This document shows, in pieces, positions 43,572-53,291 of a DNA stretch of 64,000 nucleotides. The stretch is from a bacterium. Lineage in GTDB: Bacteria > Cyanobacteriota > Vampirovibrionia > Gastranaerophilales > JBAXKC01. Made by a program: the position numbers and the translations under genes. The notes below the pieces were generated by a model. It was not told the origin of the DNA, made no database searches, and saw nothing but the letters and a program-made list of their open reading frames with translations. Every line of letters starts with the position of its first letter. The stretch's first letter is position 1. Location of the stretch: positions 73,960 to 137,959 of the forward strand of contig JBAXKC010000003.1 in assembly GCA_037137535.1 (NCBI GenBank). Direction: 5' to 3'.

Positions 43572-43629
43572 GCTTTTTTCTCCCGACTTGCCCTTAAATA
43601 TACCAATATACTCCTAAAAATACACCTAT

Positions 43630-43887
43630 CTACTCAGCTAATTTTTTTATTTTAAGAATTAATTCTTCAGATAACTCTCTTCTTAAAAATTTTTGCAGTC
43701 TTTTCTTTTTTATAGCTAACTGTATACAATCACTATTGTAGCAAAGATATAAAGAACGTCCAAATTGTTTAGAATTTGGTGATATGACAATCTCATGGCT
43801 GTCATAAAGCTTAATGACCCTTAGAAGCATAGCTCTATCTTTTAATTGATTACAGCTTATACACTTTCTAAGGATCATTTTACTCAT
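43630..43887 (-). CDS. ylxR: YlxR/RnpM (DUF448) family protein
   Basis: RKCISC, LLRV, GRSLYLC...C; between nusA and infB. Confidence 0.9.
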   Translation of the reverse strand: MSKMILRKCISCNQLKDRAMLLRVIKLYDSHEIVISPNSKQFGRSLYLCYNSDCIQLAIKKKRLQKFLRRELSEELILKIKKLAE

Positions 43888-43895
43888 TTTATATC

Positions 43896-45029
43896 CTATT
43901 CTTCGATATTTTCAGTATTGTCTTCATCGTAAGCCTCTTGCTCAGGCTCATCTTGATATTCTTCATCATATTGACGGGTATCAACTTGACTTAGACTTTT
44001 AATGTCGATTTTCCAATTTGTTAATCTGTGAGCAAGTCTTACGTTTTGACCCTCTCTACCGATTGCAAGACTTAATTGATCATCAGGAACAACCACAAGA
44101 GCTTCTTTTGCATCTTCGTTAAGAATTTCCACAGAGATAATTCTTGCAGGTGAAAGAGCATTAACGATAAACTCAGCAGGATCTTCCGAATATCTTACGA
44201 TGTCAATTTTTTCATTTTTAAGTTCATTGACTATTGTTTGAATTCTAGCACCTCTAGGTCCTATGCAAGCTCCTACAGGGTCAACTTCAGGATCTGAACT
44301 TGTTACGGCTATTTTAGTTCTGTAGCCAGCTTCTCTTGAAACGCCTTTTATTTCAACAATTCCATCTTCAATTTCAGGAACTTCGAGCTCAAATAGTTCT
44401 TTGACAATTTCAGGGTGTACTTGTGAAACGATAACTTGAGGAAGTCTTGTTGTTTCTTTAACATCAAGAACATATACTCTTATTCTATCGTTAACTCTGT
44501 AGTATTCTCCTGAGATTTGTTCTCTTGGAGGTAAAATCGCTTCTGTTTTTCCGATATTTACTACAACGTTTCTATGCTCTACTCTTTGAATAATACAAGT
44601 TGTGAGCGTTCCTTTTTTTTCTAAGAATTCATCTAAAACAAGTTTTCTTTCTGCTTCTCTGATTCTTTGAGTGATAACTTGTTTTGCTGATTGAGCAGCT
44701 ATTCTTCCGAAGTCGTCAGGAGTTACTTCTATATCAACAATCCCGCCTATTTCAGCAGTTTTATTTATTTTTTTTGCATCTTCAAGAGAAATTTCTAAAA
44801 GTTCGTCAGCTACTTCTTCTACAACATTCTTTTCTCTAAAAACGCCGATTTCACCTCTTTGTTCATCGACTATGGCTTTTACATTCCCAACATCATGGCT
44901 TCTGATGTGTTTTTTATAAGCTGTAACCATAGCATCACAAAGTGATTTAATTACTACTTCTTTAGGAATGCCTTTCTCTCTTTCAATTTGTTCTGTAACT
45001 TCAAAGAGAGCTGTTCCAATTTTCTTCAC
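43896..45029 (-). CDS. nusA: Transcription termination factor NusA
   Basis: FGRIAAQSAKQVI, LFELEVPEI, REAGYRTKIAV, LSLAIGREGQNVRLA. Confidence 0.98.
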   Translation of the reverse strand: MKKIGTALFEVTEQIEREKGIPKEVVIKSLCDAMVTAYKKHIRSHDVGNVKAIVDEQRGEIGVFREKNVVEEVADELLEISLEDAKKINKTAEIGGIVDIEVTPDDFGRIAAQSAKQVITQRIREAERKLVLDEFLEKKGTLTTCIIQRVEHRNVVVNIGKTEAILPPREQISGEYYRVNDRIRVYVLDVKETTRLPQVIVSQVHPEIVKELFELEVPEIEDGIVEIKGVSREAGYRTKIAVTSSDPEVDPVGACIGPRGARIQTIVNELKNEKIDIVRYSEDPAEFIVNALSPARIISVEILNEDAKEALVVVPDDQLSLAIGREGQNVRLAHRLTNWKIDIKSLSQVDTRQYDEEYQDEPEQEAYDEDNTENIEE

Positions 45030-45048
45030 TGTCGGACTCCTTTTTACC

Positions 45049-45540
45049 TTAAACTATATAATCTGCGATAAGTTTTATAGAGCTTATATTTTTTGGGTCA
45101 ATTGTTATAATTTCGTTGTTATCTATTAATTTTAAGCTTAAACCTTTTTCTTCGTCATAGCCTTCTATTAAAGCGTCAAATGTTTTAGTTCCGTTTTCAA
45201 GAGGTTGGCGAAGTTTTACGTTTACCTTTTTTCCCGTAAATACTATATATTCTTTAGGGTTTTTTAATTTTTTTTCAGTACCAGGGCTGCTTACTTCAAA
45301 GTAAAAATTTACTGGTATAAGTGGTTCAAGTATTTCATCAAGAGCCTTTGTAATGTCTTCACAATCTTTATGACAAATAGGATGCTCAGGATGATATATA
45401 AATGTGCGTAAATGCCATCTGCCGCCTTCTTGAACAAAATCAACTTCCAATGCAGTTAACCCGAGTTCAGAAGCTGCTTTTTCTATGATGGGCGTAATAA
45501 CTTTAATTATTTCATTTTTATTTACATTTTGATTTTTCAT
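45049..45540 (-). CDS. rimP: Ribosome maturation factor RimP
   Basis: DC, EVSSPG, first gene of nusA operon. Confidence 0.95.
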   Translation of the reverse strand: MKNQNVNKNEIIKVITPIIEKAASELGLTALEVDFVQEGGRWHLRTFIYHPEHPICHKDCEDITKALDEILEPLIPVNFYFEVSSPGTEKKLKNPKEYIVFTGKKVNVKLRQPLENGTKTFDALIEGYDEEKGLSLKLIDNNEIITIDPKNISSIKLIADYIV

Positions 45541-45561
45541 GAATTATTCCTTATTAACACT

Positions 45562-45590
45562 AAAAGAGTGGGCTTAGACGACCCACTCTC
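45562..45590 (-). promoter_or_regulatory. rimP leader (attenuator hairpin)
   Basis: Minus strand GAGAGTGGG-TCGTCTAAG-CCCACTCTTTT 21 nt upstream of rimP, fitting the known rimP-leader hairpin. Confidence 0.75.
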
Positions 45591-45719
45591 TCAATGAGAT
45601 TAACTTAAAATATAACATCATCGTCTATAAATTACAATATGTATTTTTTGTTATTCTTTATTATGCTATATTTTATTAGGAAAATAATAACAATACTCTG
45701 TAAAATCAAGAGGTTCATT

Positions 45720-47909
45720 TTGAGTAATTTGCATAAATATACAAATAAAGCTGTTGATCTTTTGTTATCAACAAAAAATTTAAATATACTGATATTTTTT
45801 GTGACTTTAATTGTTTTAACAACATTGCTTTCCAGCAGATATTATATGTTTCAGACCGTTGCGGAAAATGGCATAAGTAAAATTGACATTTATGCAACAA
45901 AAACTATACAAGTAGAGGACAAAGAAAAGACTGAAAAGAAGAAAATTGAAGCAGCACAAAACGTAGAGCCAATTCTAAGACCTGATAAAGACGTTGAACG
46001 TGTCAATGACAGTATCGTGAAAAGCTTGGGCGAGCTTTTAAATTCGGTTAAAACTACTCGTGAAAGCAGTAATAATATAGTTCAAAAGAAAAAAGAACTG
46101 AAAGAAATTTTAGGGGTTAATGACGGAGATTATTTTAATAATATAATCTTAAATTATCTTTTAAAAAGCTCTGATTCTAGTTTTCAACGAATTGCAAACG
46201 AGTCAAATTCCGCACTTGAAGAAATATTAAAAAAGGGTGTATCTGAAAAGGATTTAACTGATAATATTGATTCAATAATTCGTCAAGATGTGGGCAGAAA
46301 TGTTTCAAGAACTCAATATTCAACTATAAGCATCTTATTAAAGAGAGTTCTTGCTTCAAATATGATAATAGATGAAGTTGCAACTGAAATAGTAAGAAAA
46401 AATGAGATGAATTCGGTTGCTCCATCGGTTGTAACCTTTAAAAAAGGTGATTTGATTGTTAAGTCGGGCGATTTAATGATGAGATCTCAAAAAGAGGCTC
46501 TGAAACAGTTAGGATATAACGTTTCTAGAATTGATTTCATAGGAATTGTAGGTATATTTGCAATTACGGCTCTATGCTTGTATATAATTTCCTATTATTT
46601 GAGAACATTTAATGAAAAATTTGTGACACCGCCTTATTTATCGCTAATTTCACTTTTAATTATTTCGCTAACAGCTTTTGCAGTCTTTTTACCGACGGGA
46701 ATCCCTGTTTATATTATACCTGTTCCTGCTATAGCTATATTAATAACCGTTTTCACTACTTCAGGTATCGCTATATTAACAACTATATTAACGGTAATTC
46801 TGATTTCAGTTGCATTGAGATATAACATTGACGCTACTACTGTATTTTTAATAGGGGCAATGGTTGCGACATTTGCATCAAGTAAAATAAACTATTCCAG
46901 AAGAATAGACCTTGTAAGAGCAGGTCTTGATGTTGGACTTATACAGGTTTTAATAATTTTAAGTATTTATCTTTTAGAAAGCAGTTTTGGCGATATTAGT
47001 TTTAAATCTGTGATTATAGATTCATCATTAGGCTTTACCAGTGGACTTATAGGTGGGATTATCTCTTTAGGAACACTTCCTCTTATAGAAGGTGCTTTTA
47101 AAATTATTACTCCTTACGGACTTGCGGAACTTGCAGATCATAATCAGAAATTATTGAAAAGATTGCAGTTTGAAGCACCGGGTACTTATCATCATTGTCT
47201 TATGGTCAGTAATTTGTGTGAAACTGCCGCAGAATCAGTGAATGCCAATCCTATTCTCGCTAAAGTCGGAGCTCTTTATCATGATATAGGAAAACTTAAA
47301 AGACCTTTATTTTTTGTCGAAAATCAATCATATTTTGGAATAGAAAACCCTCATGATAATTTAAATCCAAGGTTGAGCAAGATGGTTATTACCGCTCATC
47401 CCAAAGATGGACTCGAACTGGCAAAAGAATATAGGTTGCCTACGGCTATTCATCAATTTATCACTCAACACCACGGAAACAGCTTGGCTTCATATTTTTA
47501 CAGGCAGGCTCTTGAAATGGAAGGGGCTGAAAATATAAATGAAGAGCAGTTCAGGTATACAGGGCAAAAGCCTGCATCTAAAGAAACAGCAATTCTTATG
47601 ATTTGTGATGCGGTAGAATCAGCTGTTAGAAGTCTTAAAAACCCTACTCCCGAAGAAATAGAGGAGATGATCGATAAAATCATAAAAGAAAGACTTCTTG
47701 ACAATCAGCTTGAGGAAAGTGCGTTGACTCAAAAAGACCTTAAGACAATTGCTCAGACACTTAATAGAACCCTTAGAGGAATGCAGCATCATCGGATTAA
47801 ATATCATGAAAATATGCTTGAAGAGCTTAAAAATAAAACAAATACGATGAGTCAAGCCGCCTTACTTGTACAACAACAGTTTTTAAACAGTATTGATAAA
47901 GAGAAATAA
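45720..47909 (+). CDS. 7TM-HDIG phosphohydrolase (PgpH-like cyclic-di-AMP phosphodiesterase)
   Basis: 7TMR-HDED domain, TM block, EAPGTYHH, YHDIGK, HHG, ICDAVES; start probably TTG 45720 (AAGAGG RBS), ORF open to 45639. Confidence 0.9.
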   Translation: MSNLHKYTNKAVDLLLSTKNLNILIFFVTLIVLTTLLSSRYYMFQTVAENGISKIDIYATKTIQVEDKEKTEKKKIEAAQNVEPILRPDKDVERVNDSIVKSLGELLNSVKTTRESSNNIVQKKKELKEILGVNDGDYFNNIILNYLLKSSDSSFQRIANESNSALEEILKKGVSEKDLTDNIDSIIRQDVGRNVSRTQYSTISILLKRVLASNMIIDEVATEIVRKNEMNSVAPSVVTFKKGDLIVKSGDLMMRSQKEALKQLGYNVSRIDFIGIVGIFAITALCLYIISYYLRTFNEKFVTPPYLSLISLLIISLTAFAVFLPTGIPVYIIPVPAIAILITVFTTSGIAILTTILTVILISVALRYNIDATTVFLIGAMVATFASSKINYSRRIDLVRAGLDVGLIQVLIILSIYLLESSFGDISFKSVIIDSSLGFTSGLIGGIISLGTLPLIEGAFKIITPYGLAELADHNQKLLKRLQFEAPGTYHHCLMVSNLCETAAESVNANPILAKVGALYHDIGKLKRPLFFVENQSYFGIENPHDNLNPRLSKMVITAHPKDGLELAKEYRLPTAIHQFITQHHGNSLASYFYRQALEMEGAENINEEQFRYTGQKPASKETAILMICDAVESAVRSLKNPTPEEIEEMIDKIIKERLLDNQLEESALTQKDLKTIAQTLNRTLRGMQHHRIKYHENMLEELKNKTNTMSQAALLVQQQFLNSIDKEK

Positions 47910-47910
47910 A

Positions 47911-48432
47911 ATGATGAAAACTTCTTTAGAAATTTCTATTTCCAATAATCAGGAAGCTATTGAAATAAATGAATTAAAATCACTTCAGATGACAGAACTA
48001 ATGACTGATTGTGCATTATTATCGCCTGAAATTTTAGGGCATAGTGTTTTATTTGATATTGATTGTAAAAATTTCGTTATATCTTATGATCTTATGTTCT
48101 GTGATGATCAGCTTATTACTGAAATAAACTCTGAATATAGGGCAAAAGACAAGCCTACCGATGTAATAACGTTTGCTCTTTTTGCAGATTCTCCCGAGTG
48201 CAGAATTATTACTGATAATACAATTAATCTTGGTGAAATAATAATTTCTGCTGATACCGCTATGCGTCAGGCACAAGAAAATGATAAAACTCTTGAAGAG
48301 GAATTTTACTTTTTGATAAGCCATGGAGTTCTTCATCTTTTGGGGTTTGAGCATGAAAACGACGAAAAACTCGAGTTTATGTTAAACTTGCAGGATAAAA
48401 TGATAAAGTATGCTCAGGATAACTTGGTGTAA
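47911..48432 (+). CDS. ybeY: rRNA maturation RNase YbeY
   Basis: N.EYR.KDKPTDVITF, LGEIIIS, HGVLHLLGFEH. Confidence 0.95.
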   Translation: MMKTSLEISISNNQEAIEINELKSLQMTELMTDCALLSPEILGHSVLFDIDCKNFVISYDLMFCDDQLITEINSEYRAKDKPTDVITFALFADSPECRIITDNTINLGEIIISADTAMRQAQENDKTLEEEFYFLISHGVLHLLGFEHENDEKLEFMLNLQDKMIKYAQDNLV

Positions 48433-48435
48433 AAA

Positions 48436-48846
48436 ATGTCAAAATACAAAGCAGGAAATATTTTTATAAGCTTTAAGTTTGCGACTAGGGGAATTTTATT
48501 GGCGATAAAGTCGGAACGAAATTTCAGAGCTGATTTGTTAGTCGCTTTTTTAGCGTTTATATTAGCTTTTTATTTTGATTTCTCACGTATTGAAATGGCA
48601 ATATTAGTTCTTACAATTGGCTTTGTCCTCTTTGCAGAGTTATTTAACACCGTTATCGAGTTTATTGTAGATGCTTATTTTGGAAATAAATATTCAATTT
48701 TGGCAAAAATGGCTAAAGATACTTCTGCCGGCGCTGTTTTAATAGTGGCGGTAACTGCTGTTGGTATTGGGTTATTGTTATTTTTACCTAAAGTAATGCA
48801 GGCACTTTTTCCTCATATATCGATGATGAAAATATTTATGCCTTGA
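48436..48846 (+). CDS. dgkA: Prokaryotic diacylglycerol/undecaprenol kinase
   Basis: SF.FA..G, ERNFR, ELFNTVIE.IVD, AKDTSAGAV. Confidence 0.9.
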   Translation: MSKYKAGNIFISFKFATRGILLAIKSERNFRADLLVAFLAFILAFYFDFSRIEMAILVLTIGFVLFAELFNTVIEFIVDAYFGNKYSILAKMAKDTSAGAVLIVAVTAVGIGLLLFLPKVMQALFPHISMMKIFMP

Positions 48847-48913
48847 TTTTAAATCCTGTTTTTAAAGATAATATAAAGTAAAAATCCGTTATTATTAATT
48901 CTTTGAGGCTGTT

Positions 48914-49951
48914 ATGAAAGAAAAATTAGAACAAATCAAGTTAAATGCGCTTGAAGAAATAGAAAAAGCCCACAATCTTCAGGAAATTGAAAATATAAAA
49001 ATAAATTATCTTGGAAGAAAAGGTGAATTAAACACCATAAAAAGAGGGCTAAAAGACGTTTCACCAGAAGATAGACCTGCGGTTGGAAGTCTTGCGAATA
49101 GTGTGGCTGAAGAAATTGAGCTAAAGTTTGATGAAAAATTTAAAAAACTTCATGAATTTGCAATGCAGGAAAAACTTTCCGCTGAAAAAATAGATGTAAC
49201 TTTACCGGGTATGTATGTGCCTTATGGTACTCAACATCCTATAACAGCTACTATTAATGAAATTGTTGCAATCTTTGGAAGAATGGGTTTTTCACTTGTT
49301 GATAACTCAAATAGTCCTGAAGTTGAAACAGAATATTATAATTTTGATGCTTTAAATTTCCCTCCGGATCACCCTGCTAAGGATATGCAGGACACTTTTT
49401 ACGTAACAATTGCTGATAATATAATTTTAAGAAGTCAAACCTCTAATTCTCAAATTAGAGAGATGGAAAAGAAAAATCCTCCTTTAAAGGTTATCAGTCC
49501 TGGAAGAGTATATAGATCAGAAGCTGTTAACAGTAGAAAAAATAACCTTTTTCATCAAGTAGAAGGTTTAATGGTAGATAAAGATATTACTTTCGGTGAT
49601 CTTAAAGGTGTCTTAAACGAATTTACAAGACAGTTTTTCGGTCAGACAAGACCTACAAGATTTAGAAACAGTTATTTCCCATTTACTGAGCCTAGTGCTG
49701 AAATGGATGTTCAATGTATTATGTGTAGCGGTAAAGGCTGCAGAACATGCTCAGGAACTGGCTGGCTTGAGATTTTAGGCTCAGGGCTTATTGATCCTAA
49801 TGTATTAAAAGGCATAAATATTGATCCTGACCAGTATTCGGGGTTTGCTTTCGGTATGGGAGTTGAAAGATTGGCTATGCTTAAATTTGCAATAGATGAT
49901 ATAAGACTCTTTTACAACAATGACGTAAGATTTTTAGAACAATTCAGATAA
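48914..49951 (+). CDS. pheS: Phenylalanine--tRNA ligase alpha subunit
   Basis: NFDALNFPPDHPAKDMQDTF, FHQVEG, YFPFTEPS, GFAFGMGVERLAM. Confidence 0.99.
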   Translation: MKEKLEQIKLNALEEIEKAHNLQEIENIKINYLGRKGELNTIKRGLKDVSPEDRPAVGSLANSVAEEIELKFDEKFKKLHEFAMQEKLSAEKIDVTLPGMYVPYGTQHPITATINEIVAIFGRMGFSLVDNSNSPEVETEYYNFDALNFPPDHPAKDMQDTFYVTIADNIILRSQTSNSQIREMEKKNPPLKVISPGRVYRSEAVNSRKNNLFHQVEGLMVDKDITFGDLKGVLNEFTRQFFGQTRPTRFRNSYFPFTEPSAEMDVQCIMCSGKGCRTCSGTGWLEILGSGLIDPNVLKGINIDPDQYSGFAFGMGVERLAMLKFAIDDIRLFYNNDVRFLEQFR

Positions 49952-49964
49952 CGGGTGCTTAATA

Positions 49965-52427
49965 ATGCTTATTTCGCTTGAATGGCTTAGTGAATATGTT
50001 GATATAAAAGGATTAACTCCTGAACAAATAGCTCATGAATTAACAATGAGCGGTTTAGAAGTTGAGGAAATAGAAAAAATCGGTGCAAAATTTACAAATA
50101 TTGTTGTTGCCGAAATAAAAGGAATAAAACCGCATCCTCAAGCGGATAAATTACAGCTTGTGGAAGTGTTTAACGGTACAGAAACAAGAGAAGTAGTCTG
50201 TGGTGCTAGAAACATTGAAGTAGGGCAAATAATACCTTATGCAAGTGTCGGCTCTCAAGTTTCCGATAAAAACGGCGGAGAGTTATTTACTTTAAAGCCT
50301 GCTAAAATCAGAGGCGTTGAATCTCAAGGCATGCTTTGTTCTGCTGAAGAATTAGGACTCGAAACAAAGGATTATCAAGAAGATGACGGTATTCTTATTT
50401 TAAACAGGTTTAAAACTGATTTAAAATGCGGAATTGATGTTAAATCAGTTCTCGGAATAGCTGAAGATACTGTATTACATATTGCTCCAACCGCTAATAG
50501 AGGCGATTTGATGTCTATATTGGGAGTTGCAAGGGAAATCTCCGCAATTTTCTCAAGAGAGTTTAAATATTCTGAAATGGAATATCATGGAAATGATTGC
50601 GCTTCTGAGTTTAAAGTAGAAATAAAAGATGAAGATACTTGTAAATATTATGCAACAGGTCTTTTGAAAGACGTAAAAATCGGTGAATCGCCTGAATGGA
50701 TGGTAAGAAGATTACAAAATTCAGGAATCAGAAGCATAAGTAATGTAGTTGACATTACAAATTATGTAATGATTGAATATGGACAACCTCTTCACGCTTT
50801 TGATTTTGATAAAATCGGTGGAAACTATCTTTGTGTAAGAAGAGCTAATGATGCTGAAACTATTGTTACTCTTGATGAAGTACAGAGAAAGATGACCACA
50901 GACAGTGTTGTAATTGCAAAAGAAGACGAAGCTGTTGCTCTTGCTGGTGTTATGGGTGGATTCTCTACGGAAATTGATGATAATACACATAATATTGTTC
51001 TTGAATCAGCTTATTTTACTCCTGCTACAAACCGTAAATCTGCTAGAAGTGTTGGACATAGAACTGATGCTTGCGCAAGATTTGAGCGTGGAGTGGATAT
51101 TGAAAGAGTAAAACCTGCTTTAATAAGAGCTATGGGATTAATGGCAGAACTTTGCGGAGCTAAAGTTGAAGGAGTTGTTGAAACTGGAGTTAATAAACTT
51201 GAAGAACAAGTTGTTACTTTAAGATTCGGGCAAATTACAAGACTATTAGGACTTGAAATTCCAGTTGAAAAATGTGTTGAAATTCTTGAAAATCTTGGTT
51301 TCACAGTTCAAGGGAAAAATGAAATTGCGGCAAGATTTGTTGTTCCTAGTTATAGGGCAAATGATGTCAGCAGAGAAATTGATCTTATTGAAGAAATAAG
51401 CAGAATTTATGGTTATGACAAAGTAGAGCCGACTCTTCCAAAAGGTTCGGTTGCTTGTGAGATAAGTTTTGAAACAAATATACTTGAAAAAATCAATGAA
51501 ATGTTCATTGGGACTGGGTTTAATGAAATTGTAACTTCTTCATTAATGGGTTATCCTTTGTTAAATCAAATAGGCATTGAGTGTGATGAAGAAAAAGCGG
51601 TAAAAGTTACAAATCCTCAATCTGAAGAATATACAATGCTTAGACAAAGCCTTATACCTAGTATTCTTAACGTTGTTAAAAATAATTTAGATATGGGACA
51701 AAAAGATTTAAAACTGTTTGAAGTTGGTAAAACATATTTCTATAACGGTTCACACGATGAAAAAACGAGCGGAGTCAATGAACAAAGAATTCTTGCAGGA
51801 GTTGTAACGGGAAATAAAACTAAAGGACTTTGGAAAAATCCTGTTACTGATGATTTTTACAGCGTAAAAGGAATGATAGAAAGCCTTTTAAATGTGCTTG
51901 GAATTGCAGGAAGAGTTGATTATTCGGCTTGTAGTGATATTTCTTATATGCATCCTGGCAGAACTGCTAAAATTACCCTTTTAGGCAAAGGCAATCCTGT
52001 TCTTGGCTTTATTGGCGAATTGCATCCTTTAACCGCTGATAAATATAAGATTAACCAGCCTGTTTATTTATTTGAAATTAACTTTGAACTTCTTATAAAT
52101 GCGTTAAATCCTACGGTTACAAAATTCAAGTCGTTACCTCAATATCCTACAATGAGTAGAGATATAGCATTTATAGCGGATAAAGCAATTTCATTTGCTG
52201 ATACCTTAAAAGTTATCAAAAAAGCAGCTTCAAATATTCTTCGTGAAACAGATATTTTTGATGTCTATGAAGGTAAGCACGTTCCTCAAAATAAGAAAAG
52301 CGTTGCTTTTAGGTTGATGTTTCAAGATTTTGACGCAACTTTAACAGACGAAAAAGTTGATGCAGAAATGAAAAAAGTCAGAGCTGCTCTTGAAAAAGCA
52401 TACGCTGACGTATCATTTAGAGAATAA
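49965..52427 (+). CDS. pheT: Phenylalanine--tRNA ligase beta subunit
   Basis: HPQADKL, SQGMLCS, NRGDLMS, RFERGVD, DLIEEISRIYGYD, C-terminal FDX-ACB. Confidence 0.99.
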   Translation: MLISLEWLSEYVDIKGLTPEQIAHELTMSGLEVEEIEKIGAKFTNIVVAEIKGIKPHPQADKLQLVEVFNGTETREVVCGARNIEVGQIIPYASVGSQVSDKNGGELFTLKPAKIRGVESQGMLCSAEELGLETKDYQEDDGILILNRFKTDLKCGIDVKSVLGIAEDTVLHIAPTANRGDLMSILGVAREISAIFSREFKYSEMEYHGNDCASEFKVEIKDEDTCKYYATGLLKDVKIGESPEWMVRRLQNSGIRSISNVVDITNYVMIEYGQPLHAFDFDKIGGNYLCVRRANDAETIVTLDEVQRKMTTDSVVIAKEDEAVALAGVMGGFSTEIDDNTHNIVLESAYFTPATNRKSARSVGHRTDACARFERGVDIERVKPALIRAMGLMAELCGAKVEGVVETGVNKLEEQVVTLRFGQITRLLGLEIPVEKCVEILENLGFTVQGKNEIAARFVVPSYRANDVSREIDLIEEISRIYGYDKVEPTLPKGSVACEISFETNILEKINEMFIGTGFNEIVTSSLMGYPLLNQIGIECDEEKAVKVTNPQSEEYTMLRQSLIPSILNVVKNNLDMGQKDLKLFEVGKTYFYNGSHDEKTSGVNEQRILAGVVTGNKTKGLWKNPVTDDFYSVKGMIESLLNVLGIAGRVDYSACSDISYMHPGRTAKITLLGKGNPVLGFIGELHPLTADKYKINQPVYLFEINFELLINALNPTVTKFKSLPQYPTMSRDIAFIADKAISFADTLKVIKKAASNILRETDIFDVYEGKHVPQNKKSVAFRLMFQDFDATLTDEKVDAEMKKVRAALEKAYADVSFRE

Positions 52428-52430
52428 CCC

Positions 52431-52841
52431 ATGATTGAAAGATTATTAAAATCACCTACTGATAACCTATTCATACAGTTTTTCCGTTATATCATAGCTG
52501 GAGCTTTCTCCATTGTAGGCGATTTTTATTTACTTTATATTTTAACGGCAATGTTTGGATGGAGTTATTTAACGGCTTCGCCTGTTGCGTTTTTATTTGG
52601 AATGACCGTAAATTATGTTATTAGCGTTTTATGGGTGTTCAAATCGGGCAAACTTAGTAATAGATTTGCAGAATTCGGTATTTTTGCTCTTATCGGATTA
52701 TTGGGAATGTCGTTAAATCAGCTTTGCATGTGGTTTTTTACAGATAAACTTCACTTTTATTATATGATTTCTAAAATCTTTGCGTTAAGTGTTGTTTATA
52801 TAGTAAATTTCACGATAAGGAAGAAGATACTTTTTAATTAA
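52431..52841 (+). CDS. GtrA-family membrane protein
   Basis: QFFRYIIAG, NY......WVF, 4 TM, NF..RK...F. Confidence 0.88.
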   Translation: MIERLLKSPTDNLFIQFFRYIIAGAFSIVGDFYLLYILTAMFGWSYLTASPVAFLFGMTVNYVISVLWVFKSGKLSNRFAEFGIFALIGLLGMSLNQLCMWFFTDKLHFYYMISKIFALSVVYIVNFTIRKKILFN

Positions 52842-52879
52842 ATAAAAAATCGGACTTTTAATAAGTCCGATTTTTTATT
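52841..52879. terminator. Bidirectional terminator
   Basis: AATAAAAAATCGGACTT...AAGTCCGATTTTTTATT. Confidence 0.85.
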
Positions 52880-53288
52880 TTGGATTAATCGTAAATTCCT
52901 GTTGAATCACAGGAGCATAAAGCTGATCCCTTGTAAAAATCCTTAAAAGATATGTTCCGTCTTTATGAAGAACAAAACTATCAGTTACAAAAGGATTATT
53001 TGTATCTATTTCTATATCTCTTGCCATTGCCATAGAAAATCCGTCTATCGGCATTAATACTGTTAGTTTTAGTATTTGTACCCTTAAAATATTAGTTTGA
53101 TATTCTTTTGGATAATAAAATAAAAACCATATTTTTTGTCCGACATTAAAGCTTTTAGCTGTTTTATCCAAAGAAAAGTTATTTTGAGTAAGTTTTTCAC
53201 TACTTAAAAATAATGCAGGTTTTTCTTTATCACATGAAACAAGTAGAAAAGAGCTTATTAAAAAAAGAAATATAATGAATTTTTTCAT
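52875..53288 (-). CDS. Putative lipoprotein
   Basis: MKK-hydrophobic-LVSC lipobox. Confidence 0.75.
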   Translation of the reverse strand: MKKFIIFLFLISSFLLVSCDKEKPALFLSSEKLTQNNFSLDKTAKSFNVGQKIWFLFYYPKEYQTNILRVQILKLTVLMPIDGFSMAMARDIEIDTNNPFVTDSFVLHKDGTYLLRIFTRDQLYAPVIQQEFTINPK

Positions 53289-53291
53289 TTA

